Below, piece by piece: positions 38,201 through 52,178 of a stretch of DNA of 64,000 bases (position 1 is the stretch's first letter; each line of letters opens with the position of its first letter). Under the pieces are notes generated by a model, which saw only the letters and a program-made list of their open reading frames with translations, did no database searches and was not told the DNA's origin. Location of the stretch: positions 148,817-212,816 of the forward strand of contig BDGG01000021.1 of the NCBI GenBank assembly GCA_001949185.1, written 5' to 3'. Made by a program: the position numbers and the translations under genes. This stretch comes from Ramazzottius varieornatus. Its lineage: Eukaryota > Animalia > Tardigrada.

Positions 38201-38290
38201 ATAGTGCAGGTTCATGAGTCTGACGATCCACCTGCATACTCGCAATGCTCATTGCTAAATGCGAGGCTGTCTGCTTTCCAGGTTTTGTTT
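35280..38290 (-). mobile_element. Decayed, near full-length CRE-clade non-LTR retrotransposon (RT + RLE); 5' boundary approximate
   Basis: SAGGPDGFHPQHLKDL, KLDFRNAFNSVHR, a GVQQ.DPLG-like motif near 36820-36850, WYLDDATL, GLELNTSKCE, then the RLE domain (RPDGLTL..DVTCVDT..PVAFETFG). Broken by frameshifts and deletions. Confidence 0.85.
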
Positions 38291-40594
38291 TGCGCTTTCA
38301 AACGCTCTGTGTGTCGTTCTCTTGCAGTATAGTATGAGGATAAAACGGGTGCGAACACGCTAAGGTGGTATTTGCTTGTCGTGCCCCATCATAACATACC
38401 GTAGACGACACGCACAGCTCTACAGGGATGGGCGGATTAGTGCACCCGACGGATCCAATCAGCAACTCTGGAGACCTCTGGTGCCGCACAGCCTTGTGAG
38501 AGATTTCCCAAAAATGTAATACCGTTTCACCCGTTCGAGCAATCAATGCTGCGGGACTATGCATGGACTCTGACGTCGATCAATATTTTCATATGAAAAA
38601 TACCATTCCGAATGTCGTTCGAACACCAGGTCTCTTGTTTACTAAAGGTAGAATTCGCGCACTGATGATAAAATTGCCCGTTGTACCGGTCCTGGACGGG
38701 TCGTAGGTTGCAATTCCGTGATTTTCGATATTAGGCTGAATAAATCATCCGTCCACCGCTGAAACGCACATGAATAATATTCTTCACGACAGGCCGTAAA
38801 ACTTCGTTGTAGAGCACGGAATCTGGCCGCATGCGCTGTACTGCACTGCAGGTGTGCTGTGCTGCAGCACAGCTGCAGCGCGTGAACTGACGAAATTTGT
38901 GCGGCACAGCACAGCATACAGCAGAACATAGACTACCGCGCAGTTGCCCCTACGGAAACCTAACAAGAATTACAGTTTTTGGGCATTCGAACGTCAGCCG
39001 TCTCAGCTTTGCCGTACTTTAGGGCAACGTTCTCCAGGTTGACTATCGATTCCGCTGACTGAATCACAAACCACGTCAATACATCGGCGTTCCGCACAGT
39101 TCCACCAGGTCAACGTGCATCTGCAGCACAGCTGCTTAGCCACTGGGTATGAAAGTTGTGCAGCACAGTACAGCGTACAGCGCCCTGGAAATGTACGCAG
39201 CACAGTCACAGCGTACTTTTGGACCTGCGGCCCAGTGCTCTACGCCGTTGATCTTGTTGATCTTGAAGGTGGATTACGAAGTTTCGCATTCAAGATAAGC
39301 AGTCTCGAGTAGCTTATCTTGAGAGCGAAAACGGATTATTCTCTACACACTTGACTCATTCCACAGCTGCTGATCTCTATCTGCACAGTGCTTGACGTTG
39401 CGAGATACCGTTTCACGTATGGGCTTCTTGATACCTATTTGTGTCGGGGATATCGACAGACAGACAACCATGAATTTCAGCCTAGTCAGGAGGTAGTTTG
39501 CCTACAAACCTACCCCGCATAACGCGCTTTTTCGCTCCCGTTTCCGAGACTTTCGAAAAACGTAATTTTCCTCACTCACGACTAATTTTTTTTGATTAAG
39601 CAAACTCAAATTTTAAATCAACCGTTAGCGACATAAACAGCTCGTCGTGAGGACTATTGTGCACATCGTGCCGTCGTTAGACACTGACTTGTCGTGCCAT
39701 ATCATGTCATATGTCATGTCGACGCTCCGGGAACACGCTCGCATTGGGGCCCTACGGCCTACGCAGGTCTTGAGGATTTATCTCGGTGATAGTGAGGAAT
39801 CTGAGCATTTAGAGAAGCTCGGCCGGAAGTTTGGGTATGGATAAAGTTGTCGGTGTTGATGGCCAGTGGCGTGCCACATGTCCTGCCTCCTTTCTCGTAT
39901 TATCCCGACTTCTGAAGAGAATGCCATACAGTTGTTTGAAATAATTTGTTAATTCACTCATCTTCCGCATTACCCATGTCGATTTCGTCGTTTACTTACC
40001 AGTTACTGACTGCACGGGAATTTCTTATAACTTTTAGCAGAAGCGCTAAGCGCTAACCAAAAGGGAACTAAATACAACAAGGCGAGCAGACCTAAAGAAA
40101 CAAGATTGTATAAGAGATGGGAGACGTAAGGTAAGAGATAAAACCGATCAATTATCCAAAAAGTTTGGCCAGTGAAGGTCTCCCATTTTCCAAAATCACA
40201 AATTAAAAGTACCAAAAAGAACACCATCGAATGTGCTATCCCACCGTGTTATTTTTAACTTGACTCAATAGCGGCGGCGAAAAGAAGGACGGCCAAATCT
40301 GGTGCGCGGCCCGTTGGTAATTCTGCCGCCAAAGGCGCCTCTCTGTTGATTCTGACCACAGAAGAAAAGCCTGGTCGAAAGTACGGCCGCCGTTAGAGAA
40401 GCCTCTTCCCCGAGAGGCAAAGCTTCTTGGAGGTCGACGAGTCCCCGGCTTCCACAAAAAGTTCGACTTGCAATAAGAAAGGCCCTTCTAACATTTGGTG
40501 ATACAGTATAGTGAGCGGGGCATCCTACTCTTCTCACCTTAAGCCGAAAGGATCAGGTCGATGGTTATCGGCCTCTGTATTTCATCCCGCCTCG

Positions 40595-43500
40595 TCATCC
40601 GAAGACTGACTGGAGCTTGCCGTGGGTTGAAGGCGGCTGTAGTAGATTGCGCGGAATGTCCTGCTGGTAGCACTCGGTCATGAGGCGATGAAGGAGGCGG
40701 TTGTAGCGCGCCATCTCCTTCAGCTTGACATCCCTTTGCAACTCTTCGGGAAGCGACACCGCTGCTTGGCTCGTATTCTTGCGGTAGTAGCAAAAGCGGT
40801 TGGGTCCCGTCGAGACGACAGGTCGCTCGTCGTAAACGGGCAGATGGCAACGCGGACAGACCATAACGGTCGCCCCCATTTCCTTCTTGATCTCTGCTAT
40901 ATCCTACCGATACAAATAGAACAGCAAACTCAAACTGACTAAATCGAATTCAATCAATGATGAAGAAACGGGAGCTCGGCAGACACACTCGACAAGATCG
41001 TTTTTCCCAAGTGACGCACGTCAGCGGTGTTACTAGCTGCAAGCGTGCGTCACTTGCAGAAACCTTTGTCCATCTTGGTGCAGGTTTTCATGTTTTAAGG
41101 CATACCGCGTTCCGAGGAAGGTTGTCACAAAGTGGACAGTCTGGGTGGCTAGCTTGAAGAAGCGCCAGTGAGCTGTAGTGCAGGTGAGCCAGCAATTCCT
41201 GGGTCAGATCGCAGCTGCCGTCGGGGTAGAAGGCTTGTTCGTTCTGGTGCGAAGTAGCGTCGTCGACACTGACACTGCCCTTCAACCACTTACGGAGGTG
41301 CGCTCCTTCCATCTCGTTCATGGTACATTCGGAGTGAACGGCCGAGAAAGCCGCGTTGCCCGAACCACCCGCCGTCTCTTTCTCTTCAGATGCTTCTCTG
41401 GTGGCGAAGGACTGCAGAAAGATATCGCCCAAGGAAGTGACAGTGACACAGCTGAAGCCACGTCCGCTAGGATGCTGCAGGAGTTCCAGGCCGGTAGTGG
41501 GCTTTTGTAGCCGATGTTTTACTGCACTCTCCATCGGCAGGTCCTGCTCACATAAGAAAAGTTGAGCAATGAGCAAAGAAAACAGAACAAGACCGTTTCT
41601 CCCGAAGTGAGTGGCGCACCCTTCCGGTTTACCGTACAGGAAACGTGCGCCACTTAGGACATGAATTGCCGGAGTCCGTTCGTTAAGCTGCCAAAGGCTG
41701 TCGTTCGGTACTTCATTGATTTTTCATCATATTTGCTTTGAAGTGGATCATTACCGCAAGAGCGCACTGGGCGGAAAGCTGGCGAGGTGCAGCAGAAAGG
41801 AATGGTAGGCTGAGCATGTGGGGAGGAAGACGGACATGGTCCGAGTGTCTGCCGCCAGCCATTTTCATCTGGTGAACCATCACTTCCTGCGACATCTGGC
41901 TGGCACTGCAGCTGACATCACCATGGCCCCCTCTTGGACTACCCCGAAGACCTTTGAGGTAGGCCAGCGTGGTCGTGGCCTGTGACGGGTAGCGAATGAT
42001 TGGCTGAGCTGCAAAACGCTCTTCCATCGCCAATGTCTCTTTGCCCAACAGGACAACGTGAAACTGCGGTAAGGAAGGGAAGATATCAGCAGCCACGATG
42101 TTGTCGGCCACGTCCGTGTAAAACTCGGATTTCTTGATCAACTACAAAGAAAATTAAGATCAATTATATTAAACCCCCTGTTCGTGGACTCGACAAAATC
42201 GTTTTTCCAAGTGGAGCACGCCGCTCCTTAACAGCGGAACATGCGCCACCTGGAAAAACGATTTGGTCGAGTTCCGCATTTCTGTCATTACACAATATAC
42301 ATCCAGGGTGGTTTTCAGCGTACTTGTAATTTACACTTGAGGAGGCTGCTTCCTAAGTCGAATAGTTGGACAGCCGCGGGAGTGGCCAGACCAAGGAGCC
42401 TGGGTGTCGCTGCAAAGTAGCAGCCGGTCCAGGTATGGACGGCCGACGTTTTGAAGTCGTGTGAGGCGATACTGAAAGCATGCAGCTTTGTCTGATGGGC
42501 AACGGAGTACAGGGATACTTGACCGGTCTGCGTAGCCACCACCAACTCTGAAGGCACATATGGGCTGAAGACTGCATGAGTGTAGTAGTGAGGTTCGAGA
42601 GGTCGGCGCGGAAGTTGGTCGTTGTCGATGGAGCAGACCGGCTGGAACAACAGCTCGCCTTCATTGGACAGGGAAGGTTGGTAGATCTGGCACTTTCGGG
42701 CCTGCCGCCACAAAACCAGTGGTTCTTCGGAGGGGATATTCTGTACGTCGATCTGCAAAAAGAATTGTCAAATAGTAAAGACATAATATGGCAAGTCAGC
42801 GCACAAACACAACATTTTCGCAAGTGGCACAGTTTCTCGGCGGAATAAGCTGAAAGCGTGCGCCACTTGAGCAAGACCGATTTTGTCGAGTTGTACTGCC
42901 GGCGTCTGATACACGGATGGAAGAATTTTACCAACCTGGAGAATGGGATGATTGACTTCAAGCTATACTTGGCCTCTTTTATTCGCAGTAACGCACCGGA
43001 AAGAATCCGAATCTCGGAAGAAGAAAGGTGTAGCTTGGAGGGATGTCTATTGCCGGAAGGAGCCCCCAGCTGTATGGAGCAGAAAGTGTCGGTCTTCAGC
43101 GCAGGTCAAGTGTGCCAGGTTCCCGCCAGAGTACCACCAGTTGATGGAGGAGTTGAGCGGCGGCAGCGTCTCGACGCCGGCAGCTGCCCGTGTGGACAGG
43201 TAGGTGCCTCGGATCTTGTCCTGGTCCTTGCGTAGTGGCTTGATGTACTTGAAGTTGGGCAAGTGGGCCAGCTCGTCAAAGGGAAGACTGGAGTCCACTT
43301 CCACCACCGGCTCACTGCGGAACGTCGCTTTCTTCACAGGGGAAGGCGGAAGAACGATGCGCTCTTCTTCCATCAGCTCACTGCAACACACAAGAACGCT
43401 AGCACTGCAACTGCACGATATGACTGCGCAATTGGTCAGACTGAGATCCGTAATTAGAGGACACCGCATCCCTAGCCCATGACGTCACTTCTCGGAACTA

Positions 43501-44262
43501 TCCAGCACTGAGGCAGTGGAAACGTCATGCTTCAAGCATGCCTGACATTCAACAAGTGTCTTCCTATAGGCTTAAGGAACTTCATGAGTCAAAGTCCTTC
43601 TACTTTACTTACTCATCCGACTGGTTCGAGGTGGGCTCCTGGAGTCTGAAGATTATATCCTTAATATCTTCTTCTTCGCTGCTTTCAAAAGACTCCGATG
43701 TTGCGGATGTTGACTCTCCATCGACATGTTCTTCGTCTGAATTTCCGTAATCTTCCGCCACATCCTGGTCTTCTCCGGCCTCCGTGTCGGCATTGTCGTC
43801 CTCATCTAACGCCGACTGGAGTGATGTGGAGGCTTTCCTCTTTCCAGGGAGAGCTGCGTTGCGCTTTGAGGGCAGGCGTTTCTTGGTGAAGCCTTGGAGC
43901 CATTCTTGGGTTTGGACCGCCAGTGGGATGACGCTGCAGTGATCCTGTAGCGTCGCTAGGTGATTGGGTCGACCGAAGGGTAAGCAAGTGCTGACAGGAT
44001 AGAGGATGCTTCCGGACTCACCTTGCGTCAGGCTATATTTTAGGACGAGTGAGTCGGGCTGGAAGATGTCGGGCAGGAAAGCGTCGCGACCAACGGGAAA
44101 CATGTACGGCTTGTTGGCATCGTGCAAGATGACTTGAGCAGCGCCTTGTGGCCTTTGGCACTTTTCCAGGTCGGCTGCACTCTTACCCTTGGCCTTGCTC
44201 CGAGGCGACTGCTTCGAACGAGGACACAGGACCTCGCTAAACTGGACACTAGGAATATTCAT
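40595..44262 (-). CDS. TAF1C: TATA-box-binding protein-associated factor RNA polymerase I subunit C (TAF1C/Rrn6-like)
   Basis: SPYVPSELVVATQTGQVSLY..WTGCYFAATPRLL..VQLFD and GDIFLQ parallel recalled TAF1C motifs (SPHLPGELAICSRSGAVCLW..FTAHPRVL; GDVFYQ); multi-exon. Confidence 0.7.
41011..41053. repeat. Intronic dyad element (TAF1C intron) with a compensatory change
   Basis: gtgAcgcac-N25-gtgcgTcac; left flank ctcgacaagatcgtttttcccaa. Confidence 0.9.
41611..41653. repeat. Intronic dyad element (TAF1C intron)
   Basis: gtggcgcac-N25-gtgcgccac, both half-sites perfect. Confidence 0.9.
42187..42273. repeat. Intronic dyad element (TAF1C intron), best-preserved outer arms, N21
   Basis: actcgacaaaatcgtttttccaagtggagcac-N21-atgcgccacctggaaaaacgatttggtcgagt. 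Confidence 0.9.
42824..42866. repeat. Intronic dyad element (TAF1C intron)
   Basis: gtggcacag-N25-gtgcgccac, followed by ttgagcaagaccgattttgtcgag. Confidence 0.85.
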
Positions 44263-44793
44263 CTTTCCCTCTGTGTGCAAGAATTTCTGAATTCTGAGTC
44301 GCCAGTCGCCAGACGGCCATGACGCTCGCTAGAGTGATATAAGACATTACACATTACATGGCGTTTTTTGTTGTCACCCACTCACCAATCAGCTGATTCT
44401 GTCATGTCATGCACGTTACTACAGTGGTTGGCTAGTTCTTGTCTCTTGTGCCTTATCACTTTCGTCGTGCTGTTCAAGCTCGAGCCTCGAGGCTCCTTTG
44501 TGTCCTCTTTGGGAAGCTTCTTTGGGACGTGTTATTCTACACTTGCAGGACATGGAATAAGGCAACCGAGAGCTAGCTCTACGCTGAACGGATGATGAGG
44601 TAGTAATGCGTAAGTGACTGAGGAGAGCTGTTTACCAAAAAGGTAAGTTTCTTGGTGTTTATCCGAGTTTTATTTATAGTATGTGGCTCTTGTAATGGAG
44701 ACTTGGGGGCTGACTATGACCCTATGAGCTAGGCAAGTGATGAGATGCTGATTTGTGTTTACAGGGAGTTTGGCAGTAGGAGCGGCGTGGACG
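44263..44793. promoter_or_regulatory. Short bidirectional promoter / 5' UTR region shared by TAF1C and DCAF6
   Basis: Head-to-head ATGs ~530 bp apart; CCAAT box (ccaatcagctgatt near 44385); DCAF6 5'UTR intron 44643-44764. Confidence 0.55.
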
Positions 44794-47020
44794 ATGGAGG
44801 AGCCGTCTTTCCTGACGTCCTACAGACGCACCAAGAATGAAGCGCCACCCTACTTTGTGAACCGTCTGCCCATACAATGTCGGTACGAATACCAGATGCC
44901 ACGAGATGTCTTGCAGAAAGAGTTACGGAAGAGCTTGGAGCTGATACAGAGGATGGCAATCAGCGACAGTCTGTCATCACATACAGGCTGTGTCAATACC
45001 TTGGACTGGCATGAAGATGGGCGACATTTACTATCGGGCTCTGATGATCATAGCTTGATCATCTGGGACACCATACAGCAGGGAGCTGCGGCACCCTTCA
45101 CGATCAAGACGGAGCATCAGGGCAACATCTTCAGTGCCAAGTTCCTCCATCAACCAGATGCCTTTGTCTCCGCCTCCGGTGACGGGCTGGTCATTCGGGC
45201 GCAGTTGGCCGAAGGACTGGTTCAGCAGCGACCTTTCAAGTAAGCAGGGCTGCTCAACATGACGACGTACAAATTACCATCTTTTTGCCTGTCCTGTCTT
45301 GTGTATAGGTGCCATACGGGAACAACATACCGAGTGTTGCCACTGGTGGATGATGCGGCCTCTTTCATTTCATGTAGCGAAGACTCGACGGTGCGTTTGT
45401 TCGATGTCCGCCAAGAGTACTCCAACTGCAAAGAACGACCTGGTTGGTCATGTTTCTATCCCCCACCCTACCGTTCATACGTGAAGTGGGTAAAGCGAGT
45501 GAAGGGGATTTCTTTCTGTAGGTTGTCCACACTCGCTGCTGGTGAACATGGAGAAGGCCGTCTCAGCCATGGCGCTGAACCCAGCCCGGCCATTCGACCT
45601 GGCCATCGGCTGCTCCGACAGCACCATCACGCTGTACGATCGACGCAAAATGGACAAGGCCCTCAACCGCATTAGACTGCAGACCGTCAAGAATATGCCG
45701 CGACGCATTACGTCCCTGCAGTACGATAGGAGGGGCAGCCAGCTGCTGGCTAATGTTCTAGCCGAGAAGATCCAGTTGCTGGACCTGCGAGTAGGCCAGC
45801 AGCTGGAGATGGGGACGGCCAAGAAGCTGCAGGACGCTAAAGAACTGTAAGTAAAGGCAGCAGTTGCCGCAGTAAGATTGACAGCTCTTCAGGTTTAGCT
45901 GCTTTTCAGACTTCCCTCCGATGCCATGCCCATCAAGCGCCTGCGACTTCGCGGTGACTGGTCCGATACAGGTAAGAGGCGAGTGTAGTTGGCCCACTGC
46001 ATAAGCTGATGACGGTAGAGTGTGGGAGCAGGTCCGCAGTCGCGACCGGGGCAGAGGCCAGCTGCAGCCAACGCTGCGGCGCCCAGCAGTTCGTCCCGTT
46101 TCATGGTGGAGATTTCCGACCTGATGACAACATGGATGCGCAACCAGATGACGGTCAGCCAGCCGCCCGCTGTCGCTCCCACTCCTTCCCCTGCCGCTGC
46201 ACCTGCTGTCGTCGCACCAAGGCGAACGCCGCTGGTACCCACCACTGACCGATCGGGCCACGGTATGTCATGCCCAGGGCGCGTTAAAGACAATAGCGCT
46301 TGTCACAATATCGCTCTGTTTTATGTCAGGTGGACGCAACGATAGCGCTATTGAAGATTTGCTAGCTTCGACACACGCTGCCGCTGCACAGCAGAAGGCG
46401 CCGGAGAATATGGTCTCCCTCAAGCCACTTGTGCAATACTCTGGTCATCGTTCATCCAGAACCATGATCAAGGAAGCCTGCTTCTGGGATGACGGCTACA
46501 TTATGAGTGGCTCAGATTGTGGCCGAATTTTCATCTGGCACCGAGCAAGTGGCAGGTTGGTCCGCCTCCCCTTCTTCGGCTTTAGCCTGTAATTTCCGTG
46601 GTTGTCACAGGTTGCTCAATGTGAAGGAAGGCGACGCGCACGTGGTCAACTGTCTGCAACCACATCCCTTTGACTTTCTTCTAGCCACCAGCGGCATCGA
46701 CTACGATGTCAAGCTGTGGAGACCCATCTTGGAAGAAGCGGACTTTGATGAAGATGCGGCCCAGAGCATCGTCGATGTCAACAACCAAATGCTGGAGGAA
46801 ACTCGAGACACGGTTTGTAGTGCCCAGTACTTTGGCCTATAACTGCAGATACTCCGTCCTTTATCATAGCGCGCTACCTCCATTGCAGGTGACAGTGCCG
46901 GCTTTGGCGGTTGTACAAATACTCCGGCAGATGGCGGCCAGGAGGAACCAGCAAGCTCAGCCAACTGTCAACCCTGCCCAAGCCGAAGCGGAAAGCTCAG
47001 ATAGTCAGGAGGAACTTTGA
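44794..47020 (+). CDS. DCAF6: DDB1- and CUL4-associated factor 6-like WD40 protein (compact)
   Basis: [42 protein letters not shown] (DCAF6 hallmark), [64 protein letters not shown]|VTVPA. Confidence 0.88.
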
Positions 47021-47270
47021 CTATAACCTCGGCTTTGTACAAACGGCCGACTATTCATTTGAGGTTATTGTATTCAGTATGGTGTACTTCCGGTGCTGAT
47101 TTGTCTCTTGTGATGAGAGTTTGAATTTTCTATGAATGTACATTTGCTTACTCCACTACAGACCTTAGTCCTCGTCTTCAGTGTCGGGAAGACTCACCTT
47201 TTATAGATTACCAACTAATCATAAATTTTCACATTTTACAGATTACATTTTACATTTTATAGATTACCAA

Positions 47271-48520
47271 CTAATCATAAATTTTTTTCTGGTGATTGTC
47301 GACTTGCTGCACAAAACTTGTGGAGGCTGAGGCTTCATCCGATTTAGCTTGAGCATCGGTACTAAATCTGAACTTTTGGGCTTCAGCGCCGACACCGTAA
47401 GCCGTAGCGAAGGCACCTTGCCCTTTGTCCAAGCACTGCCTTTTCTTGCCCGAGCTCATATGGGCCAAGTCCCCGAAGAAGAATGGCCATTGGTCATCTT
47501 CACTTGAAGCAGCCCCCTCCCACAACAAGACCTTCTTGCCGAAGATTGTCTGGGCGATGCTGTTGCAAAGCATTTCGGTACATGAAAAACCGCAAACAAA
47601 ATGGACAGAAGAGCGACTCTCCGTTCCGACTACCGATAAATATCGCTTACCTTTGACAGTGCACCAGGAAGCTGAGCATACTGCGGTCGTTCATCTACAT
47701 TGAATTTTTCCCGTCATTGTGCTTGACGCTCAAGGTCCCCGGCATCCAGGGATGCTCCCTAGGACAAGATGACTATACAAGCCTGGATGCATACTAACTG
47801 CAGACTATACTTGCGCCATGAAATTTGAGTGGGCAACTCTCGGCCTTACTTCCATGCTTTGCCGCTCTCCTCGCATGACATCCACCTTTCAAAACAGACC
47901 ACTCGATGAGTGCTAGATGTTGGAAAGGTCAACGGAGGACGTGCCTACTTACCGCATGGCTAGCTGAAAAAGATCGAGGAAGCCAAAGTGGATGGTGAGG
48001 ATGGATTACCGCTGAAGCCTGCTTCTCCACCAGGAGCTCCTTCATGGCGTTCGTCTGGAGAGTCAGGCTGTGATTGAGGCAATTCTGCTGTGCTTTCCAG
48101 CATGTCTCTGGTAGCTTTCGCGACTGTCCCTTCAGAAGCGGCCTGGCGGCGTCCGGAGGTGACCGCTGGTTCTTAGTGCCACACTGGGGGCAAGGTTGTG
48201 AGGCGCGCTCGTCTGATGGCAAGGCTGCCGTACAGGGGGGCCACACGACGCACCACAGCGGCTTCATCTCCTTCTCGGCTTCCACAACATTACTGCATTT
48301 GTCACAGCAACAAGCGCCTTGCCCGTAGTTGTACAAATATCAGGCATGCCCGACTGCTCCAAGCATTCCGGGAGTGAGGTACTTGCTGGAGGTGGTCTTG
48401 AGACAGTGGAGCAACGCTTGTGCCAATGGACCGTCCACACCCACGGGCACGGAGTAGCCGTCAAGATTTCCTGGCCTATCCTGTACGACCCCCCCCCCAA
48501 AGACTGCCTTTTCCGGCCAT
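47271..48520 (-). CDS. Uncharacterised multi-exon protein; apparent frameshift at a C10 run
   Basis: Phase-consistent joins LLHCLKTTSS|NNVVEAEKEMKP..EKQASA|VDVMRG.. and MNDRSMLSFLVHCQ|SIAQTIFGKKVLLW..IYD*. ATG 48520 is in frame only if the G10 (C10 at 48489-48498) is G9. Confidence 0.5.
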
Positions 48521-48754
48521 CTTGGTCAGAAACGCTACTGTGGCGGTGCGAAACTATTTAAAAGCATCGAGATCTTTTTGACAAAGTCCGGGCAGACCAT
48601 TAAAAGTCAGTAGCATGGCCGCTCATTGGCATCTGAACGCGTAAGCCGTCACTCAACTACCTGTTAGGTGGGCTGCAGTAACGTCTCAGGGTTCGACAGT
48701 GGTAGGCACCATGCATGGGCTATGCATAAAAGGTTTTCCGCTCATGTTTTGACT

Positions 48755-51576
<2,822 letters not shown>

Positions 51577-51964
51577 GACGAAGAAGCTCGTCCTTTCCAC
51601 TTCCGGTCGGAGTATCGGCTGCTAGAACTTTGACGCTTCACGAAGACCCATCCACGGAGAAAAAGGAACTAATCCGGTAGGATCACCGCGAACAGTCGTC
51701 AGCGTTAGAGAAGACTCCAATGAGCACCCACGAGCATGCGGATGCAGACGACAAACGGGGAGGAAGGGAGATGCTTAGATGCACACAGAGCGCCCCAGCT
51801 GGTAAGTTTTACGCTACCCACCTTCCCTAGTTTCGTCCTCCCCTTCGGCTGTGAGCTGCCCTTTCCCTTACGACCACAATTCTGCATGGACAAGGTTCGA
51901 TCGCCGGATTCCTCCCAGTCACGGTTCCGGTTCGCCAAGAGGAAACTGCTAGCTGGGAAGAAAC

Positions 51965-52178
51965 TGAGCAGTGGGCAGAGTAGATCAGTAAGGCGTGGCC
52001 AGATAACATCATATGGAACGGGGCATGAAATTAAAGAATATCCGCAAAAGACCAATCAGGGAACAAGATCTCCGACTTGGACAATCTTGATTGGCGGACT
52101 AAAGATAATTTTCCTCTTGTTGCCGCTCCATGCTCCCCAAGCTAGCCCGCCTTACTGATCTACTCTGCCCACTGCTCA
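51965..52178. mobile_element. MITE-like element with perfect 31-bp TIRs (214 bp)
   Basis: tgagcagtgggcagagtagatcagtaaggcg (51965-51995) / cgccttactgatctactctgcccactgctca (52148-52178); no clear TSD. Confidence 0.8.
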
